Shown one piece after another: positions 51,851 through 62,245 of a stretch of 64,000 bases of DNA. Position 1 is the first letter of the stretch, and each line of letters begins with the position of its first letter. Below the pieces are notes generated by a model. The model saw only the letters and a list, made by a program, of their open reading frames with translations. It was not told where the DNA came from and did not search any database. The position numbers were made by a program, and so were the translations under genes. This DNA is from an uncultured Bacilli bacterium (GTDB taxonomy: Bacteria > Bacillota_I > Bacilli_A > RF39 > UBA660): contig CALWAL010000002.1 in the NCBI GenBank assembly GCA_944373145.1, positions 86,282-150,281 of the forward strand, written 5' to 3'.

Positions 51851-52219
51851 ATGATTCAACAAGAAAGCCGTTTAAAAGTAGCAGACAATTCAGGTGCAAA
51901 AGAATTATTAGTAATTCGTGTACTTGGTGGATCTAAAGTTAAAACTGGCAATATTGGAGATGTAGTGGTAGCAACTGTTAAAAGCGCAATTCCTAACGGA
52001 ACTGTCAAAAAAGGAAAAGTTGTTAAAGCAGTAATCGTTAGAAGCAAATTCGGTCTAAGAAGAGAAGATGGATCTTATATCAAATTTGATGATAATGCTG
52101 CGGTTATTATTAAAGATGACAAGAGCCCAGTAGGAACTCGTGTATTTGGACCAGTAGCACGTGAATTACGTGACAAAAATTTTATGAAAATTATATCACT
52201 TGCTAAAGAAGTGTTATAG
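51851..52219 (+). CDS. rplN: 50S ribosomal protein L14
   Basis: [18 protein letters not shown]14 signature. Confidence 0.95.
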   Translation: MIQQESRLKVADNSGAKELLVIRVLGGSKVKTGNIGDVVVATVKSAIPNGTVKKGKVVKAVIVRSKFGLRREDGSYIKFDDNAAVIIKDDKSPVGTRVFGPVARELRDKNFMKIISLAKEVL

Positions 52220-52237
52220 AAGTTTGGAGGAATGAAA

Positions 52238-52546
52238 ATGAACTTTAAAACTGGAGATAAAGTAGTTGTCATTGCTGGTAAAGATAAAGGTAAAGAAGGA
52301 AAAATTTCACACGTATTGCGTGCTGAAAATCGTGTAGTTGTAGAAGGTGTTAACATTATTAAAAAACATGTTAAGCCAAATGGACAAACTGCAGGTAGTA
52401 TCGTTGAAGTGGAAGCTCCAATTCATGCTTCTAATGTAATGATCGTTGATCCGAAGACCGGTAAAAGAACCAGAATTGGACATTCTACAGATAAAAAAGG
52501 CAATAAAATTAGAGTAACTAAAAAATCTAATGAAAGTCTTAATTAA
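52238..52546 (+). CDS. rplX: 50S ribosomal protein L24
   Basis: …[18 protein letters not shown]… KOW motif; second in-frame ATG chosen for RBS spacing (the ORF-track ATG 52232 is also possible). Confidence 0.9.
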   Translation: MNFKTGDKVVVIAGKDKGKEGKISHVLRAENRVVVEGVNIIKKHVKPNGQTAGSIVEVEAPIHASNVMIVDPKTGKRTRIGHSTDKKGNKIRVTKKSNESLN

Positions 52547-52563
52547 TTGGAAGGAGGGTATAT

Positions 52564-53103
52564 ATGAACCGCCTAAAAGAAAAATACGAAAAAGAGATCG
52601 TATCTAGTTTAAGAGAAAAATATAATTATAAAAATGTTATGGAAGTACCAAAACTTGATAAAATTGTGGTTAATATTGGATGTGGTGATGCTACAAGCAA
52701 TTCTAAATTATTGGAAGCTGCAATGAAAGACTTGGAAGCAATCACAGGACAAAAACCAGTTGCTACAAAATCAAAAAAATCAATTGCTGGATTTAAATTA
52801 AGACAAGGACAAGCAATTGGTTGTAAAGTAACTCTTCGTGGTGAAAATATGTATAACTTCTTAGATAAATTAATTAGTATTACATTACCACGTGTAAGAG
52901 ACTTTAGAGGTATATCTAATAAATCATTTGATGGTAGAGGAAACTATACATTAGGACTTACAGAACAATTAATATTCTCAGAAATTGAGTATGATAATGT
53001 TGTTAAAGTTCGTGGTATGGACATTGTGTTCGTTACTACTGCAAAGACTAATGCAGAGGCTCTTGATCTCTTAAAAGGTTTCGGTATGCCATTTAAGAAA
53101 TAA
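52564..53103 (+). CDS. rplE: 50S ribosomal protein L5
   Basis: MNRLKEKY…[13 protein letters not shown]5 signature. Confidence 0.95.
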   Translation: MNRLKEKYEKEIVSSLREKYNYKNVMEVPKLDKIVVNIGCGDATSNSKLLEAAMKDLEAITGQKPVATKSKKSIAGFKLRQGQAIGCKVTLRGENMYNFLDKLISITLPRVRDFRGISNKSFDGRGNYTLGLTEQLIFSEIEYDNVVKVRGMDIVFVTTAKTNAEALDLLKGFGMPFKK

Positions 53104-53120
53104 TTACTTAGGAGGAAAAT

Positions 53121-53306
53121 ATGGCTAAGAAAAGTATGAAAGTTAAAGCTAGTCGTGAGCCAAAGTTTGAAGTACGTAGATATACTCGTTGTACTCGTTG
53201 TGGAAGACCACATTCTGTATTAAAAAAATACGGTATTTGTAGAATTTGTTTTCGTGAACTAGCTTATAAAGGACAAATCCCAGGAATGAAAAAATCTAGT
53301 TGGTAG
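53121..53306 (+). CDS. rpsZ: 30S ribosomal protein S14 type Z (zinc-binding, 61 aa)
   Basis: [23 protein letters not shown] Cys4 zinc-ribbon; 61 aa. Confidence 0.93.
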   Translation: MAKKSMKVKASREPKFEVRRYTRCTRCGRPHSVLKKYGICRICFRELAYKGQIPGMKKSSW

Positions 53307-53320
53307 AAGGAGGGAAGTAT

Positions 53321-53716
53321 ATGGTAACAGATCCAATAGCTGATATGCTTACAAGAATTCGTAATGCAAATCAGATGAGAAATAAAGAAGTAGAAATTCC
53401 TGCTTCAAAAATTAAAGTTGAAATAGCCAGAATCTTAAAAGAAGAAGGATTCATTGTAGACTATAAAACTAAAAAGAACAATGTTCAAGATATTTTAGTT
53501 TTAACGCTAAAATATGGTGAAAATAAAGAGCGTGTTATTACTGGATTAAAGAGAATTTCTAAACCAGGTTTACGTGCTTATGTTAAAGCTGACGAAGTAC
53601 CAAAAGTATTAAACGGTCTAGGTATTGCTATTATATCTACCTCAAAAGGTGTGATGACTGACAAGGATGCTAGACAACAATCACTTGGTGGAGAAGTTTT
53701 AGCTTACATTTGGTAG
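53321..53716 (+). CDS. rpsH: 30S ribosomal protein S8
   Basis: [17 protein letters not shown]8 N-terminus; ATG with RBS gaaggaggg upstream. Confidence 0.93.
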   Translation: MVTDPIADMLTRIRNANQMRNKEVEIPASKIKVEIARILKEEGFIVDYKTKKNNVQDILVLTLKYGENKERVITGLKRISKPGLRAYVKADEVPKVLNGLGIAIISTSKGVMTDKDARQQSLGGEVLAYIW

Positions 53717-53729
53717 AAAGGATGATTTT

Positions 53730-54263
53730 ATGAGTCGTGTTGGAAATAGAATATTAAGTATTCCAGCTGGTGTAACGGTATCTGTAGATGGAAACATCGT
53801 TACAGTAAAAGGTCCTAAAGGAGAACTTTCTACTGAAATTAACAATCATTTAAATGTTGAAATCACAGATACAGAAGTTAAAATAACTAGAGATAATGAT
53901 AATTATAAACAATTTCATGGAACTGCAAACGCTAATATCAGTAATATGATTGTTGGTGTTACAGAAGGATATGAAAAGAAATTAGAATGTGTCGGTGTAG
54001 GTTATCGTTTCCAATTAAAAGGAAGTGATTTAGTAATCTCTGCTGGTCATTCTCATACTTGGACTCCAGAAATTCCAGAAGGAATCACTGTTGAAGTACC
54101 AAGCAATACTGAATTATTAGTAAAAGGTATTGATAAACAATTAGTTGGAGAATTCGCAGCTAATGTTCGAAAAATAAGAAAACCTGAACCATATAAAGGA
54201 AAAGGTATTCGTTATGCTGATGAACACGTTCAACGTAAAGAAGGAAAGAAAGCTTCTAAATAG
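53730..54263 (+). CDS. rplF: 50S ribosomal protein L6
   Basis: MSRVGNRILSIPAGV L6 signature. Confidence 0.95.
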   Translation: MSRVGNRILSIPAGVTVSVDGNIVTVKGPKGELSTEINNHLNVEITDTEVKITRDNDNYKQFHGTANANISNMIVGVTEGYEKKLECVGVGYRFQLKGSDLVISAGHSHTWTPEIPEGITVEVPSNTELLVKGIDKQLVGEFAANVRKIRKPEPYKGKGIRYADEHVQRKEGKKASK

Positions 54264-54281
54264 TAGAAAAGGAGAGAAACT

Positions 54282-54644
54282 ATGATAAAAAAAGTAGCTC
54301 GTAATGAAGCACGTCAAGCAAGACATAGTCGTGTTAGAGCAAAAGTATCAGGTACAGCTAGTGTACCTAGATTAAATGTTTTTAGATCAAATAGTAATAT
54401 TTTTGCACAAATTATTGATGATGAAAAAGCTGTTACTTTAGTTAGTGCCTCTTCTATTGATAAAGAGTTAAAGCTTGAAAATGGTAGTAACGTTGAAGCA
54501 GCAACTAAAGTAGGAGAATTATTAGCTAAAAGAGCTAAAGAAGCAAAAATAACAAAAGTAGTTTTCGATAGAGGTGGATACCAATATCATGGACGTGTAA
54601 AAGCATTAGCAGATGCTGCACGTGAAAACGGACTAGAATTCTAA
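54282..54644 (+). CDS. rplR: 50S ribosomal protein L18
   Basis: …[12 protein letters not shown]…PRLNVFRSN… L18 signature. Confidence 0.95.
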   Translation: MIKKVARNEARQARHSRVRAKVSGTASVPRLNVFRSNSNIFAQIIDDEKAVTLVSASSIDKELKLENGSNVEAATKVGELLAKRAKEAKITKVVFDRGGYQYHGRVKALADAARENGLEF

Positions 54645-54654
54645 AAGGAGGGTA

Positions 54655-55263
54655 ATGATGGAACAAGAAATCGCAAAAGTTGAAGAAGTTAAAACAACTG
54701 AAAAAGTTGAATCAACTGGTAAGAATAGCAGAAGAGATTCTCGTAAGTCTGATAGAAAACCAAGAGAACCAAGAGCTAAACAACCAAAACTTTATGAAGA
54801 AGAAGTAATTTCTATCGGTCGTGTTACTAAAGTTACGAAAGGTGGACGTCATTTCCGTTTTTCTGCCGTTGTTGTAGTTGGAGATAGAAAAGGTAAAGTT
54901 GGTCTTGGAACTGGTAAGGCTAATGAAGTACCTGATGCTATCAAGAAAGCTAGTCAAGCTGCTGCTAAAAATGTAGTTAAAGTTGCTATTGTTGATGATA
55001 GAACTATACCACATGAAGCAATCGGTGTAGAAGGAGCTAGTAAAGTTATGTTAAGACCTGCTGCTAAAGGTACAGGAGTTAAAGCTGGTGGTCCAGTTCG
55101 TTCTGTACTAGAAATGGCAGGGGTTAAAGATATTTTATCTAAATCATTAGGTTCAAGTACAAAAATTAATATGGCATATGCAACCCTTAATGCTTTAAAA
55201 TCACAAAAGACAATAGAAGAAGTTGCAAGACTTCGTGGTAAGAAAGTTGAGGATTTGATGTAA
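54655..55263 (+). CDS. rpsE: 30S ribosomal protein S5 (N-terminal K/R/E-rich extension)
   Basis: …[24 protein letters not shown]… S5 dsRBD-like domain signature. Confidence 0.95.
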   Translation: MMEQEIAKVEEVKTTEKVESTGKNSRRDSRKSDRKPREPRAKQPKLYEEEVISIGRVTKVTKGGRHFRFSAVVVVGDRKGKVGLGTGKANEVPDAIKKASQAAAKNVVKVAIVDDRTIPHEAIGVEGASKVMLRPAAKGTGVKAGGPVRSVLEMAGVKDILSKSLGSSTKINMAYATLNALKSQKTIEEVARLRGKKVEDLM

Positions 55264-55706
55264 TGAAACTATATGCTATTAATCAACCTGAAGGCGCTGT
55301 TAAGAGCCGTAAAAGAGTAGGACGTGGAGTTGCTACTGGTAACGGTAAAACAAGCGGTAGAGGACATAAGGGACAAAATGCTAGAAGTGGTGGAGGAGTA
55401 AGACCTGGATTTGAAGGTGGACAATTACCTTTATTCAGACGTTTACCAAAAAGAGGTTTTTCAAATGCACCATTTAAAGTTGAATATGCAACAATTAATT
55501 TAAGTGATTTAGAAAAATTTGAAGATGGAGCTGTAGTAACTCCAGAATTATTGAAAGAGATGGGAATTGTTAAGAAGCAATTATCTGGAATTAAAGTGTT
55601 GGGTAATGGTGAATTAACTAAAAAGTTAACAGTTAAAGCTTCTAAATTCTCAAAGACTGCTATAGAAAAAATAGAAAAAATAGGTGGAAAAGCTGAGGTG
55701 ATTTAA
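55263..55706 (+). CDS. rplO: 50S ribosomal protein L15
   Basis: …[19 protein letters not shown]… L15 signature; start overlaps the rpsE stop (tAATGa); no L30 gene between. Confidence 0.95.
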   Translation: MKLYAINQPEGAVKSRKRVGRGVATGNGKTSGRGHKGQNARSGGGVRPGFEGGQLPLFRRLPKRGFSNAPFKVEYATINLSDLEKFEDGAVVTPELLKEMGIVKKQLSGIKVLGNGELTKKLTVKASKFSKTAIEKIEKIGGKAEVI

Positions 55707-55707
55707 T

Positions 55708-56964
55708 ATGTTTGCAACTATTAAGCAAATATTTAATCCTAAAAATAAAGATATTCAAAAGAAAATCTTATTTACTTTTGCTGCCTTATTTATCTTTAAG
55801 TTAGGAACAACTATTCCTGTACCTGGTGTTGAAATGAGTACGGAAGGGTTAGGTTTCTTAGAGATTGTTAATGCAATGAGTGGTGGCGCTTTTGAGTCTG
55901 CTTCTATTTTTGCATTAGGTGTTATGCCTTATATTTCAGCCTCAATTATTATTCAACTGTTATCTATGGATATTGTTCCATATTTAGCAGATTTAAGTAA
56001 ACAAGGTGGAGTAGGGCGTAACAAATTAAATCAAATAACTAGAGTAACTGGTATTATTTTAGCGTTTATCCAAGGTTATATGTATTCATTCTCTTATATT
56101 AAAAATGGTACATCGCTAGATTATATGACTTACTCATTAGTATTAACTGCAGGTACTGCATTAGTATTATGGATTGGTGATCAAATAACCCAAAAAGGAA
56201 TAGGTAATGGGGTTTCAATGATAATCATGGCTGGTATCATAGCCACTTTGCCATCAATGTTTTCTAGTCTTTGGACGGAATTAATTAATGGTGCAAATGG
56301 ATTTATTGGAATTTTAACATTTATTATGTTTGTTTTAGTGTTTTTAGCTATAATAATCGGTGTTATTTTTGAAGAAAATGCAGAACGCCGTATTCCTATT
56401 CAATATGCTAATAAATCAACAAGTACCTTCGGTAAACAAAATTATATTCCATTCAAATTGAACAGTGCTGGTGTTATGCCTGTTATCTTCGCATCAGCAG
56501 TAGTGTCAATTCCGCAAATCATAGCTTCATTTATAAATAATGCTGATTTTGCGCTTTTTGTAACAAAGTATATTAGCTATACTTCTATAAGTGGGATTAT
56601 CTTATATGTGTTATTAATAATTGGTTTTTCATATTTGTATACATTTATGCAGTTAAAACCAAAAGAATTATCTGAAAAGTTAAATAAAAACGGTGGATAT
56701 ATTCCAGGTGTAAGACCAGGCCACGAAACTGATGAATATATAAGTAAAATATTAAAGAGGATAACAATTGTTGGTGCTTGCTTTTTAGCACTACTTGCTG
56801 CACTTCCAATTCTATTTAGTGAGTTCTCAACACTTCAAACAAGTATTACAATTAGTGGTACTGGATTATTAATTGTTGTTGGTGTTGCCTTAGAAACCTA
56901 TAAACAATTAAAAAGTCAATTGGTTAGTCGAACTTATACTAAAGGAAGAAAAGGGAGAAGATAA
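55708..56964 (+). CDS. secY: Preprotein translocase subunit SecY
   Basis: 10-TM SecY; conserved blocks …LGVMPYISASIIIQLL…, …GGYIPGVRPG…. Confidence 0.95.
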   Translation: MFATIKQIFNPKNKDIQKKILFTFAALFIFKLGTTIPVPGVEMSTEGLGFLEIVNAMSGGAFESASIFALGVMPYISASIIIQLLSMDIVPYLADLSKQGGVGRNKLNQITRVTGIILAFIQGYMYSFSYIKNGTSLDYMTYSLVLTAGTALVLWIGDQITQKGIGNGVSMIIMAGIIATLPSMFSSLWTELINGANGFIGILTFIMFVLVFLAIIIGVIFEENAERRIPIQYANKSTSTFGKQNYIPFKLNSAGVMPVIFASAVVSIPQIIASFINNADFALFVTKYISYTSISGIILYVLLIIGFSYLYTFMQLKPKELSEKLNKNGGYIPGVRPGHETDEYISKILKRITIVGACFLALLAALPILFSEFSTLQTSITISGTGLLIVVGVALETYKQLKSQLVSRTYTKGRKGRR

Positions 56965-56966
56965 AA

Positions 56967-57620
56967 ATGAAAAGTATCATACTTATAGCGCCGCCAGCAG
57001 CGGGAAAAGGAACTGAAGCAGAACAAATTAAAAATCAATATAATATTCCAAGTATATCAACTGGAGATTTATTAAGAGATGTAGTAAAAAGAGATGATGA
57101 ACAAGCTCAAGCAATTCGTGAAATTCTTAATAAAGGAGCTTTGGTTCCTGATGAAATAGTATTAGATCTTTTGAAAGCAAGGATTTCACAGTCTGACTGT
57201 GAAATCGGTTATATATTAGATGGATTTCCACGCAATGTATCTCAAGCAGAAGCTTATGATAAAATCTTAAAAGAGATGAAAAGAGATACAGGTGTAGTAA
57301 TTGTTTTGGATATAGATAAGGAAATCGCAAAATCACGTATAAGTGGTAGGTTTACATGTCCAATGTGTAAAAGAATATATAACACAAATACAGGAGATAT
57401 GAAACCAAAAAAAATAGGACTATGTGATGATTGCAATGTAGAACTTATTCAACGAAGTGATGACAATCCTGAAACTTATGATGATAGATATAACACATAT
57501 TTAGAAAAAACAGAACCTTTGGTAGATTATTATGATGCTCAAGGTATTGTATATCACGTTGATTCTTCTAAAAGCCCTAGTCATACCCACGCTCAAGTAA
57601 TTAAGATTTTAGGAGAGTAA
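56967..57620 (+). CDS. adk: Adenylate kinase (zinc-finger LID)
   Basis: P-loop GAPGAGKGT-like (APPAAGKGTE), LID CPMCKR…CDDC. Confidence 0.95.
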   Translation: MKSIILIAPPAAGKGTEAEQIKNQYNIPSISTGDLLRDVVKRDDEQAQAIREILNKGALVPDEIVLDLLKARISQSDCEIGYILDGFPRNVSQAEAYDKILKEMKRDTGVVIVLDIDKEIAKSRISGRFTCPMCKRIYNTNTGDMKPKKIGLCDDCNVELIQRSDDNPETYDDRYNTYLEKTEPLVDYYDAQGIVYHVDSSKSPSHTHAQVIKILGE

Positions 57621-57621
57621 T

Positions 57622-58368
57622 TTGATTAGTATTAAATCTCCTAGAGAAATAGAGTTAATGGTCGTAGCTGGTGAAATAGTTGGCGATACACATAAATATT
57701 TAAAGCCATATCTTAAGCCGGGAATTACAACGCAAGAGATAGACTCACTAGCTCGCGATTATATTATAAGCCGCGGCGCGACACCGTCATGCTACAATTA
57801 TGACGGATATCCAGCTAATATATGTATATCAATTAACGAAGAAGTTGTACACGGAATTGCTAGTAAGCGTAAGTTAAAAGATGGCGATATTGTAACATTA
57901 GATATTTGTGCTTGCTATAAGGGATATCATGGCGATTCGGCTTGGAGTTATGCCGTAGGTAATGTATCAAAAGATAAGAAATATCTTTTGGAACATACAG
58001 AAAAAGCATTATATGAAGGTTTGAGCGTAATAAAAGAGGGAACCAGAGTTGGTGATATTGGGTATGCAGTGGAAAAGTATGCAACTGACCATGATTTAGG
58101 CGTTGTTAAAGAACTAGTAGGTCATGGTGTAGGTAGCCATCTTCATGAAGATCCAGAAGTACCTAACTATGGTAAAAAAGGAACCGGTCCTGTTTTAAAA
58201 GCTGGGATGGTTATTGCTGTAGAACCAATGCTTAATTTAGGAACAGCAGATGTCTATTTATTAGACGATGATTGGACAGTAGTTACTGCAGACGGTTGTC
58301 CATCTGCTCACTTTGAACATACGATATTAGTTACGAAAGACGGTTATACAATATTGACGAAGAGGTGA
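57622..58368 (+). CDS. map: Methionine aminopeptidase type I (TTG start)
   Basis: Metal ligands in …[15 protein letters not shown]…, …[10 protein letters not shown]…, …VEPM… blocks. Confidence 0.93.
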   Translation: MISIKSPREIELMVVAGEIVGDTHKYLKPYLKPGITTQEIDSLARDYIISRGATPSCYNYDGYPANICISINEEVVHGIASKRKLKDGDIVTLDICACYKGYHGDSAWSYAVGNVSKDKKYLLEHTEKALYEGLSVIKEGTRVGDIGYAVEKYATDHDLGVVKELVGHGVGSHLHEDPEVPNYGKKGTGPVLKAGMVIAVEPMLNLGTADVYLLDDDWTVVTADGCPSAHFEHTILVTKDGYTILTKR

Positions 58369-58372
58369 TAAA

Positions 58373-58588
58373 ATGGCTAAGCAAGACGTTATAGAAGTTG
58401 AAGGTAAAGTGCTTGAGGTTTTACCAGGTTATTATTTTAAGGTAGAACTAGCAAATAAACATGTTATTACGGCGCATGTATCAGGTAAAATGCGAATGAA
58501 CATGATTCGTATTTTAGCTGGAGATACAGTAATGGTTGAGTTGTCAACATACGATTTATCACATGGTCGCATAACATACCGAAAGTAG
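58373..58588 (+). CDS. infA: Translation initiation factor IF-1
   Basis: [15 protein letters not shown]…S1-like; 71 aa. Confidence 0.95.
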   Translation: MAKQDVIEVEGKVLEVLPGYYFKVELANKHVITAHVSGKMRMNMIRILAGDTVMVELSTYDLSHGRITYRK

Positions 58589-58598
58589 GAGGGATTTT

Positions 58599-58712
58599 AT
58601 GAAAGTTAGAGCATCAGTTAAAAAAATGTGTGAAAAATGCAAAGTTATTAGACGAAAAGGTAAAGTTAGGGTTGTTTGTACTAATCCTAAGCATAAACAA
58701 AGACAAGGTTAA
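58599..58712 (+). CDS. rpmJ: 50S ribosomal protein L36
   Basis: [37 protein letters not shown] (37 aa) with RBS ggaggg; below the ORF-track size cut-off. Confidence 0.93.
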   Translation: MKVRASVKKMCEKCKVIRRKGKVRVVCTNPKHKQRQG

Positions 58713-58727
58713 TATAGGAGGTGTTTT

Positions 58728-59093
58728 ATGGCACGTATTAAAGGTGTAGATATACCAAATAATAAAAGAATTGAGATAGCATTAACTTATATTTATGGTA
58801 TTGGTAGAAGCTTATCTAATAAAATTTTAGATAGCGTTAACGTTGATAAAGATAAAAGAGCTGGAGATTTATCAAATGATGAATTAAATCTTATTCGTGA
58901 TGAAGTTAACAAATATACGACTGAAGGAGATTTACGTCGTGAAGTTAATATGAACATCAAAACTAAAATGGAAATTAATTCTTATCAAGGAACTCGTCAT
59001 AAAAAAGGCTTACCAGTAAGAGGTCAAAGAACAAATAGAAATGCTCGCACTCGTAAAGGTAAAGGAAAAGTAGTTGCTAATAAGAAAAAATAG
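58728..59093 (+). CDS. rpsM: 30S ribosomal protein S13
   Basis: [15 protein letters not shown]13 signature. Confidence 0.95.
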   Translation: MARIKGVDIPNNKRIEIALTYIYGIGRSLSNKILDSVNVDKDKRAGDLSNDELNLIRDEVNKYTTEGDLRREVNMNIKTKMEINSYQGTRHKKGLPVRGQRTNRNARTRKGKGKVVANKKK

Positions 59094-59117
59094 TTGTAAC
59101 TAAAGGAGGTTATAAAA

Positions 59118-59501
59118 ATGGCGTATAAAGCAAGAAAAAGAAAAGTTAAAAAGTCTGTACCAGAAGGTAGAGCTTATATCCATTCAACATTCAATAATAC
59201 TATTGTTACGATCACAGATGCTGATGGTAATGCAATTAGTTGGGCTTCAGCAGGTACTTTAGGTTTTAAAGGATCTAAGAAGTCAACTCCATTCGCTGCT
59301 GGTATGTCAGCAGAAGCAACTGGAAAAGCAGCTTATGACATGGGAATGAGAAAAGTTGAAGTATATGTTAAAGGTTTAGGATCAGGAAGAGAAACAGCTA
59401 TTCGTTCACTTCAAACAGCAGGTTTAGAGATTACATCTATAACTGATGTTACACCTATACCACATAATGGATGTCGTCCACCAAAGCGTCCACGTGGATA
59501 A
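59118..59501 (+). CDS. rpsK: 30S ribosomal protein S11
   Basis: …[13 protein letters not shown]…GN… S11 signature. Confidence 0.95.
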   Translation: MAYKARKRKVKKSVPEGRAYIHSTFNNTIVTITDADGNAISWASAGTLGFKGSKKSTPFAAGMSAEATGKAAYDMGMRKVEVYVKGLGSGRETAIRSLQTAGLEITSITDVTPIPHNGCRPPKRPRG

Positions 59502-59522
59502 TTTGAGAAAAGGAGTGGGGAA

Positions 59523-60473
59523 ATGTTAAATTTTGAGAAGCCAACATATAAAATAACTGAATATGTTGAAAACAAAAATTATGGTAAATTTGAATTAGAA
59601 CCTTTAGAAAGAGGGTTTGGAACCACATTAGGTAATGCTTTGAGAAGAATTATGTTATCAAGTATGCCTGGTAGTGCAATTGTTGCTGTCAAAATTGATG
59701 GTGTAATGCACGAGTTTCAAACAATTGATGGCGTTGTTGAAGATGTAACGACAATTGTTTTAAATTTAAAGAATGTAGTTGTTAAAAATAATACTCAAGA
59801 AGTAAAAATTGTTAAATTATTTGCTGATAAAGAAGGAGTTGTTACAGCTGCTGATATTGAAACAGATTCCGACGTTGAAATCATTTCTAAAGATCAAGTG
59901 ATTGCTACTCTTGCTAAGGGAGGAAAACTTGATATGGAACTTATGATAGCCAACGGTAGAGGGTATGTTCCATCAAATGAAAACAAATCATTTATTGATA
60001 ACGAGAAAAAAGGGTTCATTCCAATTGATGCGATTTACTCACCTATTGAAAGAGTTAGTTATGAAACGGAAAGCGCACGTGTTGGACAGGATGCCAACTA
60101 TGATAAATTAATAATGGAAGTATTTACAAATGGTTCTCTTCGGCCAGAAGAGGCTATGGCTTTAGCAGCTAAAATCATGATTGAACATTTAAACATTGTA
60201 ACAAATTTAAGTGAAATTGCTGATATTACAGGAATCATGAATGCTAAACAAGAAGATAATAAATTAAAGAAATTAGAAACATCAATTGATGATTTAGATT
60301 TCTCTGTTAGAGCATATAACTGCTTAAAGAGAGCTGGAGTTACTACTTTGGGAGATTTAACTTCTAAATCTGAATTAGAAATGATGAAGATTCGTAATTT
60401 AGGTAAAAAGTCTTTAAAAGAAGTAATCGATAAGATTAAAGAAATGGGACTTAAATTCCGTGATGACGATTAG
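59523..60473 (+). CDS. rpoA: DNA-directed RNA polymerase subunit alpha
   Basis: NTD …[15 protein letters not shown]…; CTD …[15 protein letters not shown]…. Confidence 0.95.
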   Translation: MLNFEKPTYKITEYVENKNYGKFELEPLERGFGTTLGNALRRIMLSSMPGSAIVAVKIDGVMHEFQTIDGVVEDVTTIVLNLKNVVVKNNTQEVKIVKLFADKEGVVTAADIETDSDVEIISKDQVIATLAKGGKLDMELMIANGRGYVPSNENKSFIDNEKKGFIPIDAIYSPIERVSYETESARVGQDANYDKLIMEVFTNGSLRPEEAMALAAKIMIEHLNIVTNLSEIADITGIMNAKQEDNKLKKLETSIDDLDFSVRAYNCLKRAGVTTLGDLTSKSELEMMKIRNLGKKSLKEVIDKIKEMGLKFRDDD

Positions 60474-60490
60474 TAGAAGGGAGTTTAGTT

Positions 60491-60847
60491 ATGGCTTATA
60501 GAAAATTAGGACGTACAAATAAACATAGAAGAAGTATGCTTGCTAACTTGACTAAAGCAGTTATTAATAATGAAAGAATTGAAACGACTGAAACAAGAGC
60601 TAAAGAAGTTCGTAAAGCAGTAGATAAAATGATTTCTTATGGTAAAGATGGCTCATTAGTTGCAAGAAGAAAAGCATTAGCATTTTTACATAATGATGTA
60701 GATACTGTTAAAAAAGTATTTGATGATTTAGCACCACGTTACGCTAATCGTAATGGTGGTTATACTAGAATTTTAAAATTAAATGAACGTCGTGGTGACG
60801 ATGCATTAACAGTAATTTTAGAATTAGTTGAAGGAGATGCCCAATAA
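60491..60847 (+). CDS. rplQ: 50S ribosomal protein L17
   Basis: MAYRKLGR…HRRSML.NL L17 signature. Confidence 0.95.
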   Translation: MAYRKLGRTNKHRRSMLANLTKAVINNERIETTETRAKEVRKAVDKMISYGKDGSLVARRKALAFLHNDVDTVKKVFDDLAPRYANRNGGYTRILKLNERRGDDALTVILELVEGDAQ

Positions 60848-60861
60848 GCATCTCTTTTTTT
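60833..60861 (+). terminator. Intrinsic terminator ending the alpha/rplQ operon
   Basis: Perfect 7-bp stem gagatgc/gcatctc, followed by T7; the rplQ stop codon lies in the loop. Confidence 0.7.
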
Positions 60862-60892
60862 CCCCTATTTTTGATGTTTTTTTGCATATTTG

Positions 60893-60901
60893 TGTTATAA
60901 T
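60893..60901 (+). promoter_or_regulatory. Extended -10 promoter element (TGtTATAAT) upstream of the LbH-acetyltransferase/agr-like gene block
   Basis: tgttataat 16 nt upstream of the ATG at 60917; weak -35 candidates (ttgatg / ttgcat) at non-ideal spacing. Confidence 0.4.
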
Positions 60902-60916
60902 TGTTAAGGTGATAAT

Positions 60917-61510
60917 ATGTATAGCATAATTGATGAAAAAACAACTTATATTGATGATGAAGTTCAAATTGATGATGGTTGTATTATCTATCCAAATACA
61001 ACAATTGTTGGAAAAACTATAATAGGCTCAAACACAATTATTTATCCAAGTACATTTATAAAAGACTCTATTATTGGATCTGATAATATTATATATACTT
61101 CTTATATAATAGAAAGTCATATAGGTAATAAAAATAATATAGGTCCATATGCTCATATAAGGCCAGGAAATATAATAGGTAATGAAAATAGAATAGGCTC
61201 TTTTGTTGAAATAAAAAATAGTAAACTTACCAATAGCGTAAAAATACCTCATTTAAGCTATGTAGGTGATACAACTATTAAAGATTGTGTAAATGTAGGT
61301 GCAGGTGTAAAAATTGCTAATTATGATGGAAAAAATAAGAATAATACATATATAGAGGAAGGTACTTTTATAGGATGCAATTCTGTATTAGTAGCTCCAG
61401 TTGTATTACATAAAAATAGTTTTATAGCTGCAGGATCAACAATTACTAAAGATGTACCGCAAGGTGCCCTAGCAATCGCAAGAGAGAGGCAAATTAATAA
61501 AGAAAGATAA
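60917..61510 (+). CDS. Standalone left-handed beta-helix acetyltransferase equivalent to the GlmU C-terminal (GlcN-1-P N-acetyltransferase) domain
   Basis: Hexapeptide repeats; blocks GPYAHIRPGN, GSFVEIKNSKL, HLSYVGD, NVGAGVKIANYDGKNK, LVAPV, GALAIARERQINKE parallel the GlmU acetyltransferase domain; no uridyltransferase domain. Confidence 0.75.
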   Translation: MYSIIDEKTTYIDDEVQIDDGCIIYPNTTIVGKTIIGSNTIIYPSTFIKDSIIGSDNIIYTSYIIESHIGNKNNIGPYAHIRPGNIIGNENRIGSFVEIKNSKLTNSVKIPHLSYVGDTTIKDCVNVGAGVKIANYDGKNKNNTYIEEGTFIGCNSVLVAPVVLHKNSFIAAGSTITKDVPQGALAIARERQINKER

Positions 61511-61549
61511 TTTGCTTTTTTATTATATTAAAAGAGTAGGGAGGAAAAA

Positions 61550-62245
61550 ATGAATATAGTTATTTGTGAAGATGATAGTGGTTGTAGAAAAGCAGAAATT
61601 AAAATTGTTGATGAATATATGAAAGAAAATAATATTGAGTATAAAATATTTGAATATGATGATTATAATCAACAATTTAAAAATATTATGAAAAGTAAGT
61701 GTAAGAAAATTTATATTCTTGATATTGAAACACCATCAGCATCAGGGATAGATATAGCTCGTGATATTAGAAAGTATGATAGAGACAGTATCATAATATT
61801 TGTGACAGGACATGATGAGTATGGAAAATTAGTTTTAAAGAGAAATATTATGTGTTTATCTTTTATTAATAAATTTGAAGATTTAAAATTTGATTTACGT
61901 AATTCTTTGAAAGATGCTTGTTACTACTTAAATTATGATAAAGCAGTGAAGTTAAACGATAGTAATGTTGACTATAATATTAGAATTAGCAAAATTCTTT
62001 ATATAACTAGAGATAGTATTGAAAGAAAAACAGTAATTAAATTGGAAAATGCAGAATATAGGTTAAATTTAAGTTTAAAGAAAGTTAAAGATGCTTTAGG
62101 CGATAATTTTGTTAGGACTCATAAAAGTTGTTATGTTAATAAGAATAGAGTTGAAAAAATTAATTATAAAAATAAACTTATTACATTTGATAATGGTCTT
62201 GAAATAGATTTGTTATCAAACTTGTATAAAAAGGAGATGTGTTAG
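61550..62245 (+). CDS. agrA: AgrA-like response regulator (receiver + LytTR DNA-binding domain)
   Basis: N-terminal ICEDD acidic pocket, phospho-Asp context YILDIETP, C-terminal LytTR (…FVRTHKSCYVNKNRVEKI…). Confidence 0.8.
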   Translation: MNIVICEDDSGCRKAEIKIVDEYMKENNIEYKIFEYDDYNQQFKNIMKSKCKKIYILDIETPSASGIDIARDIRKYDRDSIIIFVTGHDEYGKLVLKRNIMCLSFINKFEDLKFDLRNSLKDACYYLNYDKAVKLNDSNVDYNIRISKILYITRDSIERKTVIKLENAEYRLNLSLKKVKDALGDNFVRTHKSCYVNKNRVEKINYKNKLITFDNGLEIDLLSNLYKKEMC

